Shown here: in pieces, positions 1 through 12,215 of the stretch | Position numbering within the stretch: position 1 is the first letter of the stretch | How the letters are laid out: each line of letters opens with the position of its first letter | DNA from: Takakia lepidozioides | Taxonomy: Eukaryota; Plantae; Bryophyta | DNA: 64,000 nt | Direction of reading: 5' to 3' | Assembly (NCBI GenBank): GCA_030704615.1 | Contig: CM060731.1 | Coordinates: forward strand, 48,484,001-48,548,000 | Notes under the pieces: model-generated | What the model was told of the DNA's origin: nothing | Database searches by the model: none | What the model saw: only the letters and a program-made list of their open reading frames with translations | Translations under genes and position numbers: made by a program

Positions 1-2902
1 TGTGTAACGAGTCAATTTCTTCCTTCATTGCTAGCTCCCACTTAGCTCGATCAGGAGACATCATCGCCTCCTCATACCGTTTTGGCTCCTCTGGTAATGG
101 TATGTATTCAGTTATTCCAGCAAACGTAGGGTAATTACTCTCCCACTCGCCGAATGTCTGTGGTGGCCGTCGAGATCGACGTACTTCTGTTCCCTGACTT
201 TGCAAGCTTGGTGCAACCCGCTCAGGCCCTGTGTTTGCTGCATAAATTTCGCCTTCATCCATGGCAATAGGTAGATCCACTACTAGTTGAAGCTCAGGAT
301 GCTCATTATGTTGGTCAATCGTATTCCCCTCATAATTTTGTACTTCTGGAGCCATTTTGTCTCCCACTCCCTCAAGTACCATAGTGCATGTGTTAGGTCT
401 GCTCATCATTTCTTCGATGGGTGAAGAATTACGGTTACCCTTCTCATCTACTAACACATCACGGCTGATGACTATGTGCTGCTGCTCAATATCCCATAGC
501 CGATACGCCTTAGATTCCACACTGTAACCAAGAAATATGCACTTTTTGCTCTTGGCATCCAATTTTTTTCTCAACTCTTTGGGTACATGTGAATATGCCA
601 TGCTACCAAACACTCGTAGATGGCTGATGTCAGGTTTCTTCCCATTCCAGGCCTCCAAAGGTGTTTTCCCATTCAACACCCTGGTTCCCGTTCGATTTAG
701 GGTGTATGCAGCTGTAGTGGCAGCTTCTGCCCATAAATTAGGACTGAGACCTTTTGCTTGCAGCATACATCTAACTCTTTCAAGCAGAGTCCTATTGTCC
801 CTTTCGATGACACCATTTTGCTCTGGGGAATATGGCACTGTAAGTTCCTGCCGAATTCCATTTTCTTCAAGGAAAGTCTTAAATTTTGCGCTCAAGAATT
901 CTCCTCTTCTGTCGCTTCTAAGCTTTCTCACTGCATGTCCTGTCTCTATCTCTGATTCCACACACAGCTGCTTGAGAACTTCTCCTTTTGTTTTCATGCA
1001 ATACAAGATCCTATAGCTGCTATAATCATCTTTAAACATGACAAAATGTTTGGAACCTCCATGCAAGTCTACATTCATTGTACACACATCAGCATGGTAG
1101 AACTCTCCAGGAGTCTGAACCCTCTCACGTTCTTCATTTACTGGAAACGCAACTCTGTGATTCTTGCCCATAGCACAACCTTCACAGAACTCCAGATCTG
1201 CATTAGGGTTCAGTATTTTCATACCATCGACGATTTGTGTTTTCTCCATTTGTTTAATCATGTCGACACTAATGTGTCCAAGTCGATCATGCCACGTTTG
1301 AAGACTTGCTCCCCCAATTGTCACTGCCCACATTTGCTTGAATATTATCCGTCGACAATACCATGTTTGCTTGCAGAGATTCTCCCGTAATCACTTTGAT
1401 TTGCAGTTTCCAAAGGTTTCCCTCTCTCACTCCAGTCATCATAAGAGGTCCCCTTCCCTGATTTGCATACAGCTTACAAGTACGCTTATCATAGATGACG
1501 ATGTAATCTCTGTCTACAGCCTTCGCTACTGAGAACAGATTCTTTCTGAGGTCAGGTACAAACAACACGTTGTGTATTGTTCCCTTTTTCCACTCACTTC
1601 CTGCTAGGGTTAGGATATCTATATCCCCTATTCCACTTGCCCATACTGTAACATCAGTGGCAACTTGTACTCCCCAACGATGAGATTCAATCTTCTTAAG
1701 ATTTTTGAACCATTGCATCTTGTTGGTCATGTGCTCAGATGCAGCACTGTCCGAGTACCAGGATATATCGTCTTCATCGCAAACTTTCTCTCCAATTGAC
1801 GTGTTGTTGTACACTGCTGCATTAGCATTGCTAATATGTACAATCTTTACCAGATCATTGACAATGTTCTGATCAGTGTTTCTTCGTTGTATCACTGAGC
1901 CATCATCGACACGCTCTCTTTCTTCATGATGAAATGCAGTGGCAACATAGGCATCACTCATCTTAATGGATTCCACCATGTTACCAGCGATACTCTTCGT
2001 ACATTCTCGCTCCCAGTGCCCAACTTCACCGCAGGTGTTGCACCTCGTTTTCTTTTTTAACTCCGCTATTCTTTCAGCTCTCTCCTTCTTCTGCTCCTTT
2101 GTCAGAAAACTTCCACCGCTTGTGGATGAGTTATGTCTTCCTTTGACATGCTTTGTGAAAAAAGCTTTATCCATGACATCCTCTGTGTTTCCTCGCGCTT
2201 TTCTCAACGCTTCTTTTTTGAGTAACCTAGATTGCAAGTTGTTCAACGTCCTCTCGGCAGCGGGTACACTATCCCATGCATCTAAGATGTTCTCAGAGCT
2301 TGGAGGTAAAGTGCACACTATCTTTGCCATGATAGCTGATTCAGTCATCTTCTCACCAAGATCACTCAACTATTTTGCCATCAGTTCTATCTTGCTGATA
2401 TAACTGGAGATGCTCTCATTTTCTTCCATCTTGAGATGATACATCTTGCTTTGTAAGACATGAATGTTCTCGGTAGCATTTTGCTCATGAACTGCCACTA
2501 GTTTTGCCCACATCTCTACTGAGTTTGTGCAGTTTACCAACTGTTGCAGGTGATTCTTATCTACTCCTTGTGTAATATACATGCAGGCATTGTTGTCCCT
2601 ATCATCCCATTCGTCTTTATCCGAGGCCACTGCTCTCAAATCCTTCCCACTGACAAGAGACCATAGCTTCTTGGCTCTTAGGAGAATCATCATTTGAAAC
2701 TTCCATAGAGAAAAATTCTCTCATGAAAATCTCTCTATCTGCATCACATCTTTCGATGTGGTAACTGAACTCATCTTTGCTGCTATTTCCTAGATCTCTT
2801 TGCTAGTTCTAGTTTCATTCGTGAACAAAATCAAGAAAAAAAAAAAACTCTCAGAAATAAAATTGTTCACGAAAGCACTCTCTGAATGAGCTTCAAACGT
2901 TT

Positions 2903-2916
2903 GTGGGCCCATAACC
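2903..2916 (-). promoter_or_regulatory. Primer-binding site complementary to the anticodon arm (5' half) of initiator tRNA-Met
   Basis: Plus strand gtgggcccataacc matches plant tRNAiMet GUGGGCCCAUAACC and abuts the LTR terminus. Confidence 0.85.
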
Positions 2917-3336
2917 TGTAGAAAAACTCAAAGCACACAATACTATCTAGAATAGCAATTCAAAGATTCAGGCAATCAAAACACACGATGGTATCAGAGC
3001 ACTATACACTACTGCAATTCCACCATCAGGCATCAACATACTGAGAAGTTTTCAGCACCACAAAGACTCTTTGTAGTAAGCCTAAATACTATTCGTAGTA
3101 ACGATTGTTCGGCGCTGGCGGGAGTCTAGTAATTCAAAACAATGCTGTCACTATTCATCCGTAAATAGTACGCAGTAACAACACCTTGGCCAACTGCATG
3201 TCTCCGTTAAATCCTAGTGTAACCTAATTGGCCTCTGACTTAGATATTCCGTCATGGAATAAATCAGTGTAACTCGTAACTCTTGATGACTTGCAGTAAC
3301 ATGGTCACACTGCCATTTCAACCAGAAAAAACAACA
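2917..3336 (-). repeat. 420-bp LTR of copia A, inverted relative to 5110-5529
   Basis: TG...CA termini. It is the reverse complement of 5110-5529 with about 8 substitutions counted by eye. Flanked by a PBS on one side and by PPT plus 3'UTR on the other. Confidence 0.92.
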
Positions 3337-3394
3337 CTCCCACACTGGTTATTCCATGGCAAGAGAAAAAGATCCTACGAAACAAAATGAATAG

Positions 3395-5529
3395 CCACAG
3401 ACATTCGGCGAGTGGGAGAGTAATTACCCTACGTTTGCTGGAATAACTGAGTACATACCATTACCAGAGGAGCCAAAACGGTATGAGGAGGCGATGATGT
3501 CTCCTGATCGAGCTAAGTGGGAGCTAGCAATGAAGGAAGAAATTGACTCGTTACACAAAAATGAAACGTGGATGCTTGTTGATCTGCCAAAGGGAAGACA
3601 CACAGTGAAATGCAAATGGGTATACAAGGTAAAGCCTCGAGCAGATGGGAGTATTGAGAGGTATAAAGCCCGGTTGGTTGCAAAAGGATACTCGCAGGAG
3701 TATGGAATTGATTTTCAAGAAACTTTTGCCCCCGTTGCGAAATTCGATTCAATCAGAACCCTATTAGCAGTGGCTGCCGCTGAGGATCTGGAAATGATTC
3801 AATTCGATATAAAAACCGCTTTCCTGCATGGAGAGTTACAGGAGGAGATATATATGGATCAGCCCAGAGGCTATGTGAAGCCAGGAGAAGAAAAGAAAGT
3901 CTGTAGACTATTAAAAAGTTTATATGGACTTCGTCAAGCATCGAGGGCATGGAACACGAGGTTCAATGATTTTCTAGTCAAATATGACCTGCAACCCAGC
4001 GCAGCAGACCCCTGTGTGTATTTTCGCAACTCACCGCCAAAGTTATTCACCACCATTTTTGTGGATGACGGGCTAGGTTGCTCGGAGAGCAAAGAAATAC
4101 TGGATGGTATGATTAGTTTTCTTAACAAGGAATTTGAAGTTAAAGTTGGAAGCGCCGAATGCTATGTTGGCCTTCACATTGAAAGAAACAGGGGATTGCG
4201 ATCGATCACCATAGACCAACACCGATACGTGATGTTCATAATCCAGAAATTTGGATTTGGGGATGCACATACAGTGAGTACACCTGCAGATCCCAATGTG
4301 CAGTTGCATCTACCAAGAGGTGAAGATGAAGAAGAGGAACATGAGTTTCCTTACCAACACGCAGTTGGGAGCTTGATGTTCGTCATGATTGGCACACGGC
4401 CAGACATTGCATATGCGGTCAGCACTGTGGCCAAGTATTCACAGAATCCCAAACGAATTCATTGCACAGCTGTAAAGAGGATATTCACATATCTCAGGGG
4501 GACAACAGACTATCGTCTGTGCTACTCACGTTGCAAGAATTCAAACACTCTTACGGCTTTTGCTGATGCTGACTATGCAGGGGACTTGGACGATCGACGA
4601 TCTAGAAGTGGGAGCGTCACATTACTCAATCAAGCAGCTGGTACGTGGGTGAGCAGAAAACAAATGTGCACAGCAGGTTCCACGACAGAGTTAGAGTACA
4701 TAGCAGCCTGTTTAACTGCGAAGGAGACAATCTGGTTACAAAGGTTGCTGTCTGATCTTGGGCACACACAGAATGACCCTACTCCCTTATATTCAGACAA
4801 TCAAAGTGCAATCCGATTGGTCTTGAATCCGGAGTTTCATCGAAGAACAAAGCACATTGATGTGCAATATCATATGCTGCGAGATTTTTAGGCACAGGGT
4901 GCAATCCAGATGACGTATATGAATACGAATGCACAGATCGCAGATATCTTAACGAAGCCTCTTACCGCTGACAAGTTTAATCGATTCCGTAGCATGCTTG
5001 GATTGATAGTGCAACCAATCTGAGTGTGAGTTTTTTGTGCACACATTGGCTATTCATTTTGTTTCGTAGGATCTTTTTCTCTTGCCATGGAATAACCAGT
5101 GAGTGGGAGTGTTGTTTTTTCTGATTGAAATGGCAGTGTGACCATGTTACTGCAAGTCATCAAGAGTTACGAGTTACACTGATTTATTCCATGACGGAAT
5201 ATCTAAGTCAGAGGCCAATTAGGTTACACTAGGATTTAACGGAGACATGCAGTTGGCCAAGGTGTTGTTACTGCGTACTATTTACGGATGGATAGTGACA
5301 GCATTGTTTTGAATTACTAGACTCCCGCCAGCGCCGAGCAATCGTTACTACGAATAGTATTTAGGCTTACTACAGAGAGTCTTTGTGGTGCTGAAAACTT
5401 CTCAGTATGTTGATGTCTAATGGTGGAATTGCAGTAGTGTAAAGTGCTCTGATACCATCGTGTGTTTTGATTGCCTGAATCTTTGAATTGCTGTTCTAGA
5501 TAGTATTGTGTGCTTTGAGTTTTTCTACA
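3395..5529 (+). mobile_element. 3' half of the copia A family in opposite orientation: RT, RNase H, PPT, 3' LTR 5110-5529
   Basis: ORF 3494-4891 has CKWVYKVK, KARLVAKGY, QFDIKTAFL, FVDD, ADADYAG and TKHIDVQYH. A premature TAG at 4889-4891 precedes QIADILTKPL. PPT gagtgggag at 5101-5109. Confidence 0.93.
3494..4891 (+). CDS. Copia reverse transcriptase / RNase H portion of pol, prematurely terminated
   Basis: 465-aa ORF with canonical copia RT and RNase H motifs. Confidence 0.9.
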   Translation: MMSPDRAKWELAMKEEIDSLHKNETWMLVDLPKGRHTVKCKWVYKVKPRADGSIERYKARLVAKGYSQEYGIDFQETFAPVAKFDSIRTLLAVAAAEDLEMIQFDIKTAFLHGELQEEIYMDQPRGYVKPGEEKKVCRLLKSLYGLRQASRAWNTRFNDFLVKYDLQPSAADPCVYFRNSPPKLFTTIFVDDGLGCSESKEILDGMISFLNKEFEVKVGSAECYVGLHIERNRGLRSITIDQHRYVMFIIQKFGFGDAHTVSTPADPNVQLHLPRGEDEEEEHEFPYQHAVGSLMFVMIGTRPDIAYAVSTVAKYSQNPKRIHCTAVKRIFTYLRGTTDYRLCYSRCKNSNTLTAFADADYAGDLDDRRSRSGSVTLLNQAAGTWVSRKQMCTAGSTTELEYIAACLTAKETIWLQRLLSDLGHTQNDPTPLYSDNQSAIRLVLNPEFHRRTKHIDVQYHMLRDF

Positions 5530-5562
5530 CATTGTGCCACCGGTGGCCTTATTGGACCATAC

Positions 5563-8500
5563 TGTTAAATGTAGTGGTTGCAAGTTCACTAAGCAACGGG
5601 ACCTCCATTGAGAAGTAGCACAATCCCTGATCGAGATTTCCTGTCATCAATATCTCCAGCATAATTTGAATCACAGTAACCAATAAGAATGTTTGGCTCT
5701 TTTGTGACTGAGTAGGTGAGGGCCAGGTTTGGTGAACCTCTCAAGTACTTCATCACCCTTGATACGGCATTGCAGTGAGCCTGCTTTGGTCGTTCGTTAT
5801 ATTTGGCCACGTTGCTCACCTAGAAAGAAATGTCTGGTCGAGTGCCCATAGATGCAAAACATTTGGCTGCCTACAATTTCCTTGTAGGGGTAGGTGGTGA
5901 TCGTGTCTTCATCTTGTCTGGTGATGTTGTCAAGGCGACTGTTTGGATCAGCAGGCACAGAGACTGAATGGGCATCGGAAAATCCAACTTTTGAAGCATA
6001 CGTAGGACGTACCTTGTCTGATCGACATGCATGACACGATTGGCACGGTCCCTCGTGATGTGAAGACCAACATATATCTCTGGCACTCCTTGGGTAATTT
6101 TGAACGTCTTCCCCATGTAGCCTAAAATATCATTGACATTGTCTGATCTGTGACTGCAAATCAGACCATCATCAACAAATATCGCCAAAATGAGCTTGGG
6201 TTCTGTTGTGCTATAATACACACAAGGATTGGCTGGGCTTGGAATTAAGCCATAGGTCTGAACGAAGCTGTTGAATTTTCGATTCCATGCCCTAGAAACT
6301 TGCCGCAACCCATACAAGGATTTCTTGAGTCGGCATACAGCTGTAGGTTGGCTGGGATCAACAAAACCACGCGGTTGCTCCATATAGATTTCCTCGGTGA
6401 TTTCTTCATAGAGGAACGCAGTCTTCATATCGAATTGCGTGATATCTAAATTCAACACTGTCGCAACTGACAATATCGTGCGAATGGAATCAAATTTCGC
6501 AACAGGAGAAAACGTTTCAGTGTAATCAACGCCGGCTCGCTAGGTGTAACCTTTGGCGCATAGACGTGCCTTGAAGCGATCAATGCCTCCATCAACGTTA
6601 AGCTTAAGCTTATACACCCATTTGCATGTAATTTTCTTTCTCCCAGGTGACAGAGGCTCGAGCTGCCAAGTCTCATTTTCCAAGAGTGATTGATACTCCT
6701 CCACCATAGCCTTTTTCCACTCATTGCTTTCGCTACAATTTAGCGCTGCGTCATAGCTGTCTGGCTCCTCAGACAGGTGGCCATCATAGTTGGCAACACA
6801 AGCATGATGCCGACCAGGGTAAAACCAGTCTCCATACATGTTCGGGGCTCTCCTGGTTCTTGGCTCCATCTCGGTTGTATCTTCATCGACCACAACTGCT
6901 GGTGAGATGGTCTTGGGTGGTCGGTCAACACATCTTGGGACCAAGTCTGGCGGCTGACTTGTTGAGGCTTCTGGTTGCTCATCAAACCCCAAACTTGACA
7001 CGTTCATCATGTTCCCCACTCTGGGACTGATTGGTGCCAAGTGGACATCTTCCACCAAGACATCTATTCTTGGCTGCACTGATTCACTTCCTCCCACTGA
7101 AGTGTTACCTTCTACTGGAGCCTGCAGGAATGCCACAACTCCTTGTGTGGTGTCAGCCATGTCACCCTTGGGCTCTGGGTTGTATTGCACGATTGACTTG
7201 CTCCATGCATCGCGGTCTTCACTTATCGCCTGAACCGCCTCCTCATTGAACAAAACGTCCCTGCTCTCCTCAATTCTTCTCTTGTGAGGTAGCTAGACTC
7301 TATAGGCTTTCCTCATCAAGCTATATCCCATAAAAACACCATTCGTGCTTTTTGAATCGAACTTTGTCCTCAATTCTTTGGGAACATGCACATAGGCATC
7401 ACACCCAAAGACTCTCATGTGCAATACAGATGGCCGCTCCTTATTCCAGGCTTCAAATGGAGTCTTGTCGAGCAACGTGCATGTCGATGTTCTGTTCAGA
7501 GTGTAGACCGTTGTATGTAAGGCCTCACCCCAAAACCATGGATGCACATTGCTAGAATAGATCATGCTTCTCACCATCTCCATGATGGTTCTATTCTCAC
7601 GCTCACTGGCTCCATTTTGCTCAGGTGTGTATGCAGTAGTCATCTCATGCTTTGCCTCAATGTCTGTGAGATATTTTTCAAAATCCTTCCATGTGAACTC
7701 GCCACCACGATCTGATCGCAACACCTTCATTGTTTGACAACTTTCTCTTTCCATCAGGGACAAAAATTTCTTGAGACACCTTAAAGCTTCAGACTTCTTT
7801 GTAATGCAATACACCACTCTATAAGCCGAGTGATCATCCTTGAACAAGATGAAGTACTTCGCTCCTCCAGCTGATCTTGTACTGAATGGTCCACATAAGT
7901 CAGTGTGAACCAAGTCTCCCACTATTGTTGCTCTCTGAATGCCTTCTTTGAGAACTTACTCCTCTGATGCTTTCCAAAAGCACAACCTTCACAAAACATA
8001 GGCTTCTTCTTGTTTGTGAGGTTTAATCCATCACCCATCGCTTCCGTTGTCAAGACTGACTGACAGTTCACGTGGCCAAGTCTTCTATGCCAAAGCTCCA
8101 AACTCTGGCCTGCAGCAGATTCTCCTGCAAAAGCTCCTGCCAGAAATGCTTGAGCTTTGGACGTTGTGACTTTGATGTGTAGATGCCACATGTCATTTTT
8201 GACATACCCTTCCATGACCACCTTGCCATCTTGCATGAGGGTGCAGCTGTTCTTGGTATGCATAGTAGCAACGTTCATGTTGGCAGTTCTCAAGATCGAA
8301 AAAGGATTCCGTCCCAAACCCAGGACATGTAAAACATCCGTGAGCTCGCTATCATACCATCCGTCTCCAGCTTTCACCCGGATGTCAATATTGCCAATGC
8401 CAACCACCGGATACTCGATGCCACCAATGCCTTCTACGGTCTCCTCAAGCATGGCAATGTCTCTATAAGACTTGAACCACTCCCTTCGGTCTGTCATGTG

Positions 8501-9780
8501 AGTATTGGCACCAGTATCAGTTATCCATGCATCTTTGTCCCTTGAGCTTGAACTGTATACTGTATCAGCCATCCACGCCTTGTATGTAGATCCCACGTGC
8601 TTCTCTTCTTTGGCATCACCGTCTTTTTTCTTCTTTTCTGGGCACTCCCGCTTCCAGTGCCCTGTCTTGCCACATTTGAAGCAGGTCGTCTCCTCCTTCT
8701 CCTTGGCTATGGCAGCCCTTCTTGCTTCAGCTTGCTCAGCTGTCAACTTTGGCTTTGAGCTCTCTCCAGCAAAACATTTCGAGTTCTGACCTTTCTTCAC
8801 TGCCAAGAATGCCTTGGCTGCCATCTCACTCGCCTCAGTCTTTGCTCTTCCCTCCTCTGTCAGCCGCGAGGTCAACATTTCAATGTTCTTTTCTGGTCCA
8901 TCCGGCACACTATCCCAGGCTGATCTGAAATGACTGAGATATGTTGGCAAGTTGCAAAGAATCTTGGCAATAACTGCCGAATCTGTAAAGCTGGCATCTC
9001 CCATGCCTCTCAGCGAATTGATAATGAGCTCAATTTTGCCAAGAAAATCTGCTATGTCTTCTCCGTCCTCCATGCTGCACTTGTAAAAGTTTTCTTGAAG
9101 GCGAAAAACATCTCCGCTGATCGTTGCTCATGCACGATGCTGAGCTTATGCCAGAAAGCGGCTGATGTCTCACAACCCATTAGGTTCTTTAGCTGTCTTC
9201 GATCCACTGCTTGGCATAGAAGACCAATCGCTTGATTGTCATGCTTCACCCATTTAGTCACTGCTACTGGGTCAGGACCTACGACCGGTGCTCCTTTGAC
9301 TCCATACACTTTGGCTGGCTTTGGCTCAGTCCCATCAACAACGGACATAAGCTCTTTTCCTCTAAAAATTGCTTTCATCTGATACTTCCACATGGCAAAA
9401 CCCTCACCATTGAATCTCTCGATATTACTTGACTCTTTTGCCACCTCCATGGCGCTGCTCTCTCAGATTCGTTTTTTCTAAATAAATATCTTAAGCGATT
9501 CACCTACTGCACTATAAGACTGCTCTATCAGACTGTGCTTGAAGACTCGATCTCAACATGAAAGCAAAAGGCAAAAACTATGAAAGAGAATGTCAGCTCA
9601 AGAAAAAAAAAATACAATAGAACAAAACAAAGCACCCAGCTAGAAGCGTGGGCCCATAACCTGTTAAATGTAGTGGTTGCAAGTTCACTATCTTGTGCAA
9701 TGATACGCCACACCTGGATCTAGGCACCAGCGTCATCTGTCTAGGCCAATAGTTGGAACAAAATATGATCGAGCAACATT
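5563..9780 (-). mobile_element. Ty1/copia LTR retrotransposon B (different family), degenerate; 3' LTR reduced to a 29-bp stub; right end of 5' LTR uncertain
   Basis: Gag 9450-9052 then frameshift; CCHC (CFKCGKTGHWKREC); PR (WITDTGANTHMT); integrase (HTDLCGP, RSDRGGEF, NGASERENRT); RT and RNase H fragments 7253-5589. PBS at 9648-9661. The LTR terminus tgttaaatgtagtggttgcaagttcacta occurs at 9662 and again at 5563-5591. Confidence 0.88.
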
Positions 9781-10560
9781 TCTCTATCTAGAGACTGAAT
9801 TTTTAACCGTAAATCGAAAATTGAACATCATAATACCTTGGGATATGCAAATAGCAGTTCATATGTGACAACTTGTGATAATTCAAGGGGTCATGTGATA
9901 TAGCATAAAGCAATCTCAACGATCCGCCCGTATTCTGAAGATCTCTGAGTTTCGCTTGATTGAACGTCAATAGCAAACGTCTGACAACATATAGTAGTAG
10001 TAGTCGTCCTGAACTTGAAGGAGTGCGCATTGTCTAAAAATCCATGTATCTCATGAACTAACTTCTTCAGGACTTAGTGTTAACCAGAATCCATGCTACG
10101 AGAAAACAGATGAAGTCATTTAAGTATAGATCTATATTTGAGCTTGACCAAGCCACATCATGGACCATTCAGTCTGTTGTGCAAAAGATCACTCAAAGGT
10201 TCAAGAGACTTCTAGTATTGTATTTAATTCAATAGTTTCCAAGTACACCACTGCACATGACGTTTAATTAATGCATACCATTTGAACAGTATCTTACTGC
10301 GCTTATAGAAATATCTAGAATGCATAACCTGGCTAAGAATGTACTCATATTAAGACCGTAGCCTTGTGGCCATTGACCCCGCGCCCAGTTTGAGCGGAAC
10401 ACAAAGGGACACAAAGGGACACAAAGGGACAGAAACTACCTTCGTCGTGAGGGGCTGACGCCGGTAGTATGACGTACCTTGGAATAGACAATTGATCCGA
10501 GTTTTCCAGAATATATCCTCTAGAAAAATCGACCCTTTACACAAGCATCAATCTGCTGTG

Positions 10561-11460
10561 TGTGATTTGCCTAATAACTAGACCCCAAAAGGGCATGGCC
10601 CTTTTGGCTCAGCCTCGAGATTTCAAAGTTGGTAAACAGAGGTACAGGCACAAATCCCTTGATGGAATTGAAGAGGGAGAGAAAGAGAGAAAACATATAC
10701 AGGATTGGCAGCTTGCAGCCAGACTCCTTCCTCGCAACCAAGAGCTGTGAGTAAAAGCTCAGGGAAATTCAAATGTCGAAGCTCACGAGCGCCGTCAGGC
10801 GTCATCTCTTCCATCGTGCAGGAAAATAATTGACATCAACTTTATCATATAATGGGGACCATATGACTACAGGACAGAGTAAAAGTAGACTACCTCTGTG
10901 CAAGCACCCCATCAAACCCAAATTCCAGTCTCCACTAGGGCTACAGCTTGTATTAGGAGTGTCTAATACTTACAGTCCCACCAAGCACAGACCATGGAAA
11001 ACCGTGCTGGAGCCAAGCAGTCCCTCATCGAGAGCAGTTCTCCAATCACCCTGGGCCGGAAGAACAAAGCCATAACAGCGCCAGGAGTCGCAGACCATTG
11101 CAAGAATATAAGGTTCTACAGCGCCAGAAGCAATACAACTGACTTAAGACTAGAAACACAAAGCTCCGGGGACTGACATTGCAAGGTGCGCCATGCCTTG
11201 CTTACCACTTGTGTCTGCTTTGTGTTTAAATAGTCCTTTGGGCCCAGACCTCCTCTCGAGAGTAGTTACCCGAAGAGGGTTTCTGCTTTGTATTTGAATA
11301 GTCCTCCCCCAGACCTCCTCTCGAGAGTAGTTACGCCGAAGAGGGCTTGGCTTCTGCTTTGTGTTTAGATAGTCCTTCCCCAGACCTCCTCTCGATACTA
11401 GTTATGCCGAAGAGGGCTTGTCTCGTAGATAGAGATCGATCTGGGTGATCTCGATCCACA
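10561..11460. mobile_element. Probable solo LTR (~900 bp)
   Basis: TGTGA...CCACA termini. Flanks CTGTG / CTGTT form a 5-bp TSD with one mismatch. Non-coding, with internal tandem repeats. Confidence 0.45.
11215..11419. repeat. Three tandem ~67-72-bp repeats
   Basis: The unit ctgctttgtgttt..atagtcct..cccagacctcctctcgagagtagttacgccgaagaggg occurs three times. Confidence 0.85.
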
Positions 11461-12215
11461 CTGTTGGAACCGCCTAAATTAAACAACATACCCCAGTGAT
11501 AGAATGAGGATAGAATCTGTTGTAAGAGAAAACCTCCAGAGCAACGGCACTAATCAGACTCAGGAAATTATTCCAAGCAATCCTAGACATCAAATTCCTA
11601 GGGACATGCGACAACTCTCCGGCCCTGGATGGGTACAGATTTCAGAGAATATTGTTTAAACTTTCATCCTGCAGTAACCCTTGGAGTCTGAGCGGCATCT
11701 TTGCTGGCCCAATACTTAGATTGAACATTGAGTACAGATAATATGTATGGACCCCCCTATGTAGCTCTAAGAGATTAGGGGAAGAGAAAAGAAAATCGAT
11801 TTTAGCGATTTGGGCCTCTTGAAAAGATTCCGTGGAGTGAGAACCTTGTTAAAGATGCCATATCTGTGATTACTTGCTTGGGAAGTAGTAGTGAACAAGG
11901 TGTTCTCGTAGAGATCAACGGGGCGAGCGCGACTATATAGTGCATGGGGATAAGCTTGCTGAAGGGGGAAGAGTGCTCAGTGTGTGCCTCATCATGGAGT
12001 TCGTAGCGTAGAGTATGTTCTGTGTTTTGTTTTCTAGTTGTTTTACTACTCCGGCGCTCTGATCGATCTGAAGGAACTACTCGTAAAGCACAGATCGACC
12101 GCCTTCATCTTTTTTATGTTTCAAGGCCGTTTTTTGGCCTGCTGATCATTGTGCTGCAACAACCTGGAACCAGACTGATCGCCCAAGCTGTGAGGCTGCA
12201 AAGTGGAAGGAATAG

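Larger units (their letters stand above)
1..3336 (-). mobile_element. Ty1/copia LTR retrotransposon A: 5' LTR 2917-3336, PBS, gag-PR-INT, start of RT; runs off the left edge; degenerate
   Basis: Gag ATG at 2774, CCHC knuckle (CNTCGEVGHWEREC), protease (WYSDSAASEHMT), integrase core at ~480-1140, RT start at 1-160. In-frame stops at 2370 and 1287. The PBS reads GGTTATGGGCCCAC on the minus strand, directly after the LTR end. Confidence 0.93.

Noticed and set aside
537-1016. Plus-strand 159-aa ORF and similar short ORFs over the TEs
   Set aside because: They are antisense shadows of integrase, gag or RT frames with no motifs of their own.
2989-3000. tRNA gene, or PBS of a separate plus-strand element
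   Set aside because: Only 12 nt match, there is no cloverleaf, and the motif is an internal part of both LTR copies.
10398-10430. (acacaaaggg)x3 short repeat as a functional element
   Set aside because: A short minisatellite with no supporting context.
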